This document shows positions 41,201 through 53,200 of a DNA stretch of 64,000 nucleotides, piece after piece. The DNA is from Antedon mediterranea (taxonomy: Eukaryota > Animalia > Echinodermata). Every line of letters begins with the position of its first letter. Within the stretch, counting starts at the first letter, position 1. Made by a program: the position numbers and the translations under genes. Where the stretch lies: NCBI RefSeq assembly GCF_964355755.1, contig NC_092672.1:23635237-23699236 (forward strand). The letters run 5' to 3'. The notes under the pieces are model-generated. The model was not told the origin of the DNA and ran no database searches. It saw nothing but the letters and a program-made list of their open reading frames with translations.

Positions 41201-44200
41201 AATTGACATAATTCATTTTTGCTTTAGCGTACATTCTAGGCTCCCCGACGAAAGGGTTAGATTGTAGTAATTTAAAGCAAAAAATAGTAAAATTGGCTGC
41301 TAGTCAGTGGGTTTTGGCTTGAATGTAACCATTTATTTTGTCATTTTATAAGTGACCAATTTATTTATTTTTTCATTTTTTTTTTCATCTTTCATGTTTT
41401 TTTGTGGGACAATACATCTTTAATGAAATTGTTGTTAATATAAAAGTTGCTTTCAAAAGACATCAGACCTCCCAACTCTCTCCCTAAAATACAATTTATT
41501 TTGGATTAACCAACAAAATATCCAAAGTTGTTAAATAAAATGTTACTACTCTAGAAATAAACTGAACGTAAGATATTCATGGATTGTTTAATAAGTGAAG
41601 TAATAAGTTTGCCATGTTTACTATTATAAATAATAAGTGTTCTTGGATTTGATGTATTTTTTTGTATGTAAATATTATAGCACCCCTCTATAGTGTAGAC
41701 ATGCTTTTATAAAGTCTTCCAATATTTCTAAGTTGGGAAGTCCAAAACTTCCTTCTAAATTATATTAATAATTAGAGCATAGCATTTCATATTTGTATAG
41801 AAGCCTTTACCAGTGACATTGCTTTAAATCTTAATTACTAAATACAGATTCACTTTTTTATTTCTTGCCAGGAAAAGTCACGCCCAAGTAAGAGAGACAG
41901 AAAGTACAAAGGAATACAATTTCCTGGTATAAATTTTTTTCGTCAAAAGGTAAGGTTTTCTGTAATCAGTTTATTGAGTTTGGTGATTTACGAATTGATT
42001 TAGAAATAAATATTCATGTACATTTTGATAAACTAAATTAATGTTTTTTAGTTCAAAACTACCACAAACAGCAAAACCACCACAAACAGTGGTAAGTTCA
42101 TTTTATTTTTCTAACAGCTATACAATTTAACTCAGTTCATCTAATAGATAAATTATGATTTTCTTCTACTTTATTTTTTATTTACTCATATTTTAGAGGT
42201 GAATACTGGAACACCTGCAAAAGCTAAAGATGTGAGTACTACAATATAGCATTTGTTGACTGTTCTATTTAACTCAACTCTGTCTCCTTGAAAAGAACAA
42301 TCCATCTTTCTTTCAACTTTCAAATTCATTACCGTACTTGTATACTGAAAATAAGGAATTAAATCTGTTATACTTTTAACATTAGCCCTAGAGTAGTGTT
42401 GGCAGTTTATCCGACTATTTTACTTTATCATTTTGATTTAGCTTTTCTTTATTCTATTAAGATCCAGCCACTGATAGCCACAGTATTGTCAGTAATTTGC
42501 CTTTGAATTTATATACTTAGTTTTGACATGATATACAACATTACACTGATATGAATGGTTCAGAAAGTAAAACATTTACTTCTATGTTATTTATATAATA
42601 TTTGTTATTTTTATATTTGTGCATCAGGTTAGCAAGAAGTCAACTGCAGAAGGTAAGTGTGTAATTAACTGTTAAATTCTTAATACTTTAATTGTGCAAG
42701 TATAAAATAATGGAACATGCTGAGTGAATAATAATAGAATTAGTGAATGATAAAAATGATGATTGACAACAGTGATGAAGAAAATTAATAACGACAATGA
42801 TAAAGTTGATTAAATTAACAGTGAAATGCTTAGTTTGTGATGATTCACAAATAATAATAATAAAGTTGATAAAATTAACAGTGAAAGTGTTTACTAAAAT
42901 GATCAAGATAGCCTTTCTACCCAAAGAAGAACCATTTAATCACTTTTTACATCTTTTCTTGTCATTTTATGTTTAATAAGTTTTATCTTTTAAACATTTT
43001 AATTGTAGGAAAAGTGATTTACTGAAATATTGTTGCTACAGTATATAAGTGCATTATATATTAATTTTTTATCTTTTATAAATATCATGTGTAATATTTT
43101 ACTAAAATGAGAAAGAGGTAGATCACTATTATTCAATTATTGTGCAATAATATTAAAAACAAAAACAAAAAAGTTAGGGTGAGACCACGAAAGACAACCA
43201 AAAAATGAACTTAAAGATATAATGATAAAGATAATGACAACAGAGAATTACCACAGAGAAGATGCCATTGATAATGGTAACATTTAGACAAATGATAATA
43301 GTTGTAGAGCTGATAATGATGATATATTCAATGTCTATTATCTTTTTACATATATTTAGTCTTTTTGATTTGTAAACATTATTTTTTAAACATTTTTTCC
43401 TGTTGATTTATAAAGGAACTAAAGATGCATCATTGAATGTCCAACAATCGTTGGATAAAGCTATTATTCAGGAAATTTTTTCAAAACAAGAAGTAAAACA
43501 GTCTCCTTTGGAAACTTTTAACATTTGGGATCACGGGGGACAGCTAATCTATCAAGGAATACATCAGGTAAGTTTAGGACATTTTGTATGTTTGTATGGT
43601 CTATTGTTTGTGTATTAACAGTTTTAATGCCTAATTATGGCAGTATCTTATCTGTATCACATGGATAGGATTCTGCTGTGTGTAGATAGGTGGGAACATG
43701 ACCACTGTAAAGATTGTTGTTTAGGCCTTCCACCTATCCTAATGTTAACAGATTACCCAACAAACCTCCGTGTATCTCTTCACACACCCAATCTAAAAGT
43801 TTTGCAAGCTATATCCCTAGACTTCTCTCACTACAGCTATGTGAAGTGAATTTGAAGAGCTTTTTCTCTATTTAGCACTCTGAACTATTTCTAAAGTTTA
43901 CTTTTCTTTATTCTAATATATTTGTATTCTATTCACATTATTTGTATATTGCTGTTTTAAGAGATAAGTATTTCTTTGATGATGCGCTCTATATGTTCTG
44001 GATATATTTATTGATTTTTAGAAAACACTGCATTCTATTACATCAGTAGGCTTTACTATCCTTGTCAAATATTTTATGAATAATTGTTTTTATTTTGTAT
44101 CCAGATCTTTGTGACATCAGAGGCAGTTTATGTTGCTGTCTTTGATTTGAGTAAAGACCTCGATGATCCTGCAATAGTAATAGATCCCAATGGGGTAAGT

Positions 44201-47200
44201 ATTTCAGGGGTATTAGATTAGATTAGATGTTGTTGGCAATCTCATTCATTGGTTAAAAGTAAAATGCTTTCATTGCATTGCAATGTAGCTGTGTCAAAGA
44301 ATGTCATATTTCTTTTATATATATAGGCTAGTGCTGTTCCGCCGTACCACGCCGAGAATGTTAAAGAGTCGCTATCCAATCAAGTTTGAACAATACCATG
44401 AAAGCCCCAGTGGTCTAATGGTTAAAGCAGAAGGTTCCGGGTTCGAGTCTCGGTTGGGAAGATTTTTTCTCATTCTCGCAGATTTCCTCATCTTATCATT
44501 TCAAATTAATTAATTCAATTTCAGTATATCACCGGGTGGTTTAGAATTTATTCTGTGCCTGTAATGTTTATATGTATATATGTATATAATAACATAAAGT
44601 TGAAATTATACTATTTTTATTTGGTACTAAAATAATATACAATTTCTTATAGATTTTTATTATTTGAAATTAAATTATTTTTTACAGCAAGAACGTGAAC
44701 ATCATTGGACAAATCGTCAGTTTTTACTGTCTTCGATCCTGTCAGTTTATTCCCATAGTCGTATATTGGGACAGAATAATGAGAAGGAAGTAAATTTACC
44801 TGCTATCCTTGTTGTTGGCACACACAAGGCAAGTCTGGGAGAAACAGAAGAAGAACAAAATAAAGAGGTTAGTAATAATCTAGAATAGGTTTGTGTTTAC
44901 AGTTAATACAAAGCTTAAAATATTTGTCTTGTGCACATGTACCACCGTGGGTATAGTAAATTTAAACTGTAGGACTAATAATCAATCAATTTTCACAGTT
45001 TTAAATCTACCAAATGTAATTTAGCTTTTTGTGCAAATTAAGTTGACATGACATAAAACAAGTGATTGTCAAATTTGAAATATATAAAAAATATACTTGA
45101 TGAAAATGAAACATAGAAGAGGTAATTTGGACTTTATTAATATTACTACATGTTAGCATTTTAAGGTTTTAAAATAAAGTTTTGGGGAGAAAAATTAACA
45201 ATTCTTTTTGTATGTTTAAATACGGTGCTGTTTTTATTGTCTTTTGTTTGTATATATTATGTAGTAGTGTTTACTTTTTGTTTAATCTAGGCAGAGGTGG
45301 TGTTACAGAAAGTTAAAGACTCCATGAAAGGAAAACCATATGAAAAACATGTACTTGGATACTATGCTGTTGAAAACAGTAGGGAGACTACAGACAAGAG
45401 CTTTAGTGATCTGAAAAAAGTAATTCAGGATCTTATGAACCATTTAAAAAAGTCTATTCCATTAAAGTGGATGCGGTTTAGATGTGAAATGTATAATCTG
45501 AGGAAGGACAAATTGATATGTTCTGCAGAAGAGGTAAATTTTTATTTTATTATAATTTTTTTTTTTAGGGAAAGCAAAACTTGTTCAATAAATATTGTGA
45601 GGCAAAGCACCTTTCTTTAACAACACATTCAAGACTATCTGCTCTTGAAAACAAATCACCAGATTCTATTATACTTGTAATTGGTGATGTTAATAAATGC
45701 CACCTTAACTATCCGGGCTATGTTCAATACATTAATAAACCAACTAACTCCCGTACCACTTTAAGTGCCTCGAATCATAACACAATATGTATGTTGCCGA
45801 ATACAGGCAATACTTTAATAATAAATTTAAGCCTGCTACAATTAAATACCGCTCCTGGACAAGAGATGCAATGGTCAGACGTGTACTATGACAACACTGG
45901 CATAAATGCTAGTGTGACTGTCATCAATGAATACATCAAGCAATGCATCAACAATGTGATCCCAATTAAACATAAGAAGTCATACTTACACAACAAACCT
46001 TTGATGTCTAAAAATATTGCAACATGCGAAAAACAGCGTGCCTTTGCTAATAATGTCTACAGTCTCGTGAAACAAAAAGAAATTAGAAATTCAAAAACTG
46101 TGATAGCCAAGCAGCATGTAAAGCAATGCAAACCATAACTGGTTTTAACTGTAAACAAAAAAAGGATATAAATGGTAATACAAACTAAACTTGTATTATC
46201 CGAAAAAATCGGAATAAGAGGGTCATAAGGTCATGCAGTGCACATCCATTTCTTATTGTCTTGGTCTGTAATTTTCTGTTAATTTACAAATTATTTGTAC
46301 TATTTTGTACTATTTTGTTAGGTAGATTATTCTGATTATACTTGCTTGCAAGTTTGTAGTTTTTATGGTATTGACACTTTGTATTTATTGTGAATATTTC
46401 TAGGCCTCTGTATTTCTTTTGGTAGTGTGGAATCCCTATTGTTCACAGCACTGTGTGAGCTGTCTGGCCAGGACATTATCCTATTAGTAGGCCCCCAATC
46501 CATATGCTAGATACAGTTCTTCAATAGGGCTTATTTAAACTCTCCCTTATACAGGTTAATTTTAATACATTGTAAATATAATAAACTTGATTAAATTTAA
46601 TTAAATTGTGTACATAGATAGTTTTCTTAATCCTTGTAAATAAATAAATAATATTAATAATAATAATAATTAAATGTATATATTTTATCTGAATTTTAGG
46701 TAATCATTTACTGTATCGAATTGTTAAACAGGACATAGGCCTTTCTAATTTATTGACTGAATTTATTAATTTCTTAACATAAATTATGGTCTATTATTCA
46801 CAGATATTTATTGTTTTGATTAGTTTAGCTTTTTGCCGTTATTGTCTTGTAGTTCCTGATTCAAATTGTTTAAAGAATGGTACAGAGTTTATTAATAAAG
46901 TTTATTCTAGAGTTTATATTGGGATACCTAAGTACAAGTCAGTATATCGTAGGTCTATGCTACAACATAGGAATTTTTCAAAGAGCAGGGTGGCCCATGA
47001 TACCAGTTCAGTGTCCACATTTAATATAGATCTTCTATCATTATGCGTCGATATCCACCCTAACCCGGGGCCTGATTCCACTTCTAGGTCGACTGATGCT
47101 CTAAAACGTTCTGAATCTAGTATTGTAGGTAGGTCTGGTGTGACAGGCTCTATTATATGTGGTACTTGCGCTAGTAACATTTTTCGGAACCGTCAGCAGG

Positions 47201-50200
47201 TTACTTGCTGCAACTGTCAAATGGTTTTCCATGCTAGTTGTGTCTCGATTTCTCAGGTTAATTATAGACGGTTTTATAAAGGTAGGAATTACACCTGGAC
47301 ATGTTTTGTATGTGCATTGCCGCGGTTGAATGACTCTTTTTTTAGTGATGACTTCTCACTCAACTCCACTTTGGACTCTATCCAAGATAATCAATCGGAT
47401 GCTAGAGTTCACAGAAACAATCCATGTCTGACTGGAGTATGTATGAATGCCCGCAGTTTGAAGAACAGACGTTCCTGCTTTGACAATCTGGTTCATCAAA
47501 TGGACTTAAGTCTGATTGGAGTCACAGAGAGTTGGCTTGATGACACAATCCTGGATGGCACTATCTCATCTCAACATGTCATCTTTAGAAAGGATCGTGC
47601 TACCCGTGGTGGTGGAGTCTTACTGGCAATAAAACCAGAGTTGGACCCTAAACGCATTTTACATCCCTCTATGGCCGATATCGAATGTGTTTGGGCTGAA
47701 TTCAGTTTAAAAGACGGAAAGTGGCTATGTGGTATATATTAAAGGCCACCTGGTGATGCCAATTCTGCCATTCATCTGGAAGAAGTACTGCTGAACTTAA
47801 ACATCCAACAGTTCAAAGGAGTTGTCCTAATGGGGGACTTTAATATCAACTGGTTGGAAGCTGGTTGTAATCTGGCTAACCAGCTACTTACTAAAGTCTC
47901 CGAGTGGACTTCATCCTTAGGCCTTCGTCAGATGATTGAGGAGCCAACGAGAATTGCAACCAGTTTAGATCGAAATAGCACTCTCATTGACCTACTATTT
48001 ACCAACTGTGATCAACAAGTGTGTGACATACGTGTTATGGAACCATTCTCAACCTCTGATCACTGCATGATTTCCTTTCGGATTCGCGGTGAGCCTAGGG
48101 TCATGGCCCTTCCGATAAGGACAAAATACCTGTATAATAAGACTGACATTGAATTACTTAACAATAGTGTCAGAAGAATCACATGGGACTCAATTTATGA
48201 TGACAAATCTGTTAACAAAACATGGGAAAAGTTCCAATCATTATTTATGGACTGTATCAATGCTGCAATCCCTAACAGAAGACAGAAAAAGAAAACCAAA
48301 CCGTGGATTTCTCCGGATATTAAGCGTCTTGTAACATTAAAACGTCGACTATTTTAACGTGCAAAGTCTTCAGGCACTGTTGAACACTGGAATAGTTACA
48401 AGAAAATTCGTAATAAAGTAAAATATGATATAGGTCGATGTAAAAGCCAATTTTTAAATGACCTAATGTCTAAGCCGCACAACACGAAGCAGTTCTGGTC
48501 TTATGTAAAATCTAAAAGACAGTCAGTTCAGTGTTCCATCTTTGAAGTCAATGGTATAGCATGTTCCGATCCTATCATTATTGCAGATTCATTTAATTCC
48601 TTATTTTCGTCATATTTTACTGAGCCTCCAAGTGACGAAAATTATACTATAAGTTCTCCTAATCTGGATATTCCAACTCTGGAAAACATATATATTCACC
48701 CTGTCACTGTATATAAAAAATTGAGAAACTTAAAAAATGGAAAAGCACCTGGTCCTGACTGTGTGACATCGTCTATGCTGAAGCTATGTGCTGCTAGTCT
48801 GTCACCGTTGCTGACAGACATATACAATTATAGCTTGTCTAGTGGCGAAGTACCTTCGGCCTGGAAAGATGCAAATATTGCTCCCATTCACAAAAAGGGC
48901 AAGAAAGGCGAATTGAAAAACTACAGACCGGTAGCCTTAACTTCGCTATTTTGCAAAGTATTGGAGAGCATAGTTGCTGATGAACTTCGTAACCACCTAA
49001 ACGAGTTCGGCCTTCTGTATGATGCGCAGCATGGATTTACTCCTGGTAAATCTTGTTCAAGCTTGCTAGCCGAGGCGACAACATCATGGACAACCTTACT
49101 TGACAAAGGTGTCCCACGCATTGATATTGTTGCACTAGACTATAGTCGTGCATTTGATTCAATTTCGCACTCTACAATGATTTCCAAACTAAAAAGAACC
49201 TATGGAATTGGTGGTTCCATGTTGCCTTGGTTGGAATCATTTTTAACTGGACGTAAGCAACAAGTTGTTTTTAATGGAAAGATGCCCGGCAAGAGTTGCG
49301 TAAGATCAGGGGTTCCTCAGGGGTCTGTGCTTGGACCCCTGTTATTTAATATATATGTTAATGATCTACATATGCACCTACATGCAAAACCATATCAATA
49401 TGCAGACGACACTTGCATTGCTAAATGTATAATGACGGAGGAAGATAGTTTATCTCTGCAACAGGACATTGACACGATCTCCTGGTGGTCAGCACTTAAT
49501 TCACTTTCCCTTAACCCTAATAAATGTCAAGTGCTGTCATTGTCCAGAAAACGAGATCCCGTTGTTCCATCTTACAATCTAAATGGACATGAACTCATGA
49601 ACGTTAATGACATTACGTTACTTGGTGTGGTAATATCCCATAATTTGTCATGGGCACATCAGGTAGATAATGTAACTTTGAAATGCAATAGGATGTTAGG
49701 TTTTATACGGTCAATTGCCACAGGTTGTTCTACATCTGTTTTACTTAAACTTTATAAATGTCTTGTTCTTCCCCATATTCAATATTGCTCCCCTGTTTGG
49801 TATCCTTATCGTCAATGTCATATTAATAAGATAGAGAAAATTCAAAGAAGGGCAAGTCGATTTATCCTTCATCAACGAATCTTAGATCAGCCATATTCTG
49901 ACCAATTAACTAGATTGAATTTTATGACAGCCGAATCAAATCGAGATTATTTTACCGTTATTTTTGTTACAAATATATTATATAAATTACAGAATAGTTT
50001 TATTTTAAATATGTTGATTATCAATTGTAGGCATTTGGATGTTCTGACTTTTAAACATCTTGCATCCAAAACTGATAGTGGAAAGTATTGTATCCCAACC
50101 AGATTTATTCGTCTGTGGAATGCACTACCGGTCAATATTACAGACGCCTTTGTTTGCGGAAGTTGGGTACAATTTAAAAACATGTTAATGGACCACTTTA

Positions 50201-53200
50201 AAAACACTATGCCTCTTTAATGTATATAATCATAGTATTTATATTACTTATTTACATTGTTTTATGTTTTATTGTATGCTTTGAGTGCTGGTGTGGCACG
50301 CCTTATGGCGACAGTGGTCCTTCGACCTCTTTTGCCACTCCTTGGCACACTCAAAGTCTACGTATTGTTTTAATTGCTAAAATTAATAAAATAAAATAAA
50401 AATAAACTTGTAAATGACCTCAATGAATTCTATTGTAGATTTGACAAATACGACTTTAGTGATTGTATTAATGCAAAAGTTAAGTTACTAGAAAGCAAAG
50501 TTAAACTAATAGATCATGAATCTTACATGTTGCATGTCAATGAACACTTAGTTAAGCAGGTTTTAGGTGTTAAGGTAACTAAATCTATGGGCCCTGACGG
50601 TATTAGTAATAAAGTCCTGAAATGCTTTAGCCACCAATTGTCGGCAGTTTTCACTAAACTATATCAATGCTCTATAGACTCTGGATTGATCCAAAATATT
50701 TAGAAAACTTCTCTAATTTCTTCTTTACCAAAAGCTAAAAATAAACCTCCTACTTACCTCAATGATTACCGTCCCATCGCGTTAACATCAAATCCCATGA
50801 AATGTCTCGAATCATACTAAGAGCACTGGGAAAGTCAAAAGATGTTACCGCAAATGATATTAATCAGTTTGCATATAAACCAAACCAAGGTGTGGATGAT
50901 GCTGTGATCATATACAATGTATATAAACACCTAGACAAACAAAGATCCTACTGTATATCAGGTTAACCTTTATTGACTTTTTCAGTGCCTTTAACCATAC
51001 TTTAACTGTATTCAATCCCACCTACTCATTGATAAGATGTATAAATTAAATTTCAATAATAAAATTTTCTTTGGCTTAAGTTACCTGAGAGAGAGACCAC
51101 AGTATGTTAAAATTAGTGATACACAATCTGAATTACGCAAAGTTAGCACGAGCGCACCACAAGGCTGTATCCTATCACCCATTTTATTCAAACTCTATAC
51201 CAGTGACTACTTATGTAAAGAGCCAAAATGCTCAATTATCAATTAAGCTGAAGACACTGTCATAACAGATTTTATGTCAGATAAACCAAATGGCTATTTT
51301 GATGATGAAGCTAACCAGTTTGCATAATGGTGATAATTTTTTAGAGCTAAACATTACGAAAACTAAAGAACTTATTATCAATTTTAGAATTAAGAAACCT
51401 CAAATTGAACTTCTCCTTATTGATGGTGAAGATGTTGAACGAGTCAACAAATACATATATTTAGGAACCATAATTGACGAGAAACTCACTTGGATCGACC
51501 AAGCCGTGGTAAAGAAAGCTAACTAACAACTGTACTTTTTAAGGAAACTTAGAACTTTTAATGTAGATAGTAAAATACTGTTACTTTTTTATAAATCTGT
51601 TGAATATAATCTGTTACTATGGGAACACTTCACAATTGATTACTATAAAAAGCAATACAAGCGTGTAGTCTAAAACATCGATTTGAATACCGTCTCCTAA
51701 TTGTATGAAGATTGTTTGATTAAAAAAGTGAAAGCAATAATGGATAACGATACCCACCCGCTCAGGCTTTCTTTTATGCTTAATCAAACCGGACGTAGAG
51801 TACCGCTTAGAATACGAACCTCAAGATACCGATTACCATTCGTCCCACAATGCATTTTCGAGTATAATAACACAAGTTGATAAATTATAATCAATCTTAC
51901 ACAGAATTTATAATATTAATTACACTCTCTGTAAATTATATTTCTTGTTTCCTTTTTATAACTGTATTTTATAGTATTTTTATATATCTGTAGTTTTATA
52001 TGAATTTGTTTACATTACATACTGTGTATTTTATATGAATTTGTTTACATTACATACTGTGTATTTTATATGAATTTGTTTACATTACATACTGTGTAGT
52101 TTTATATGAATTTGTGTATTTTTAACTTTTTTAAGTTATTCTAAATGTTTTATGCTGTTTATTGCCTTGAGGAAGAGAAATTTCAAATTATATATTTTTT
52201 GGCAATAAAGTTATCTTGGATCTTGAATATGCATTGGCTTATAACTTTTAATTCAGGTTTAGATTTATTATTCATTCATTCAATTCCTGTAAGACTTTGA
52301 TAAAGGTTTTTCCTTTAAATGTTATGTTTATTTCTGTTATATTTATATTTACTTTTAATTTATGTTTGAACAAGGAAAGTCTTACATGAATGAATAATAA
52401 ATCTTGAGTATTGTATTTTGACGTTGAACTTGAGTGCAGAAAGTTATTTTGAAGAAACACCTACTTATTGTGTGGAGTACAACACTTGTATATTTATTAA
52501 AATTTTAAAAACATGCATTTTTGTTGATTTTAGGTTAAAGAAATGGCCAGACAAAACGGAGTTGGTGATGAAAGCCAACAGTTAATTATGCTTAACTTTC
52601 TGTACGACCTTGGTGACATAATCTACTTGCCTGATAATGAATTATTACAGAATCAAGTGGTGTTGGACCCAATGAGTCTTGTTCAGTTTGTTACAGCATT
52701 TGTGACAGTGGTTACACCCGATGAGTTTAAAGTAAGTGGGCTTATGTTGATGAACAAAACACTCATTCGTTCAGAAGTTGACAGATAAAAAAAATGCTAG
52801 ATTGGTGAAACTTTTAATTAGTTTTAAACTTTCTCTAATTTATCTGTAAACCCCAACACAATCAAGCTTGTTTCATTTGACACAAATGTTCCAATTGTGG
52901 TAAAACATGTGATGAATCTATATATAAATCCTGAATAGGAGTACTTTTAGAATGTGGTACGCAATGTCGATACTGAAACATACCCACACACAATAATATT
53001 ATGCTGCTTTGCAGCAGGCTATCTCCATCTACAATAATTGTTTTGTGTATGATATAATTGTGAAGGTCCACCCAAATTCATCAAAGGTGTCAAAACAAAA
53101 TTGGCTTTGTTTAAATTTGTTTCAATATTTGGACAATTGTTTACTACATACATGACCACCATCATAATTTGCAGGTATAGCCCTCCAGTACACATATACA

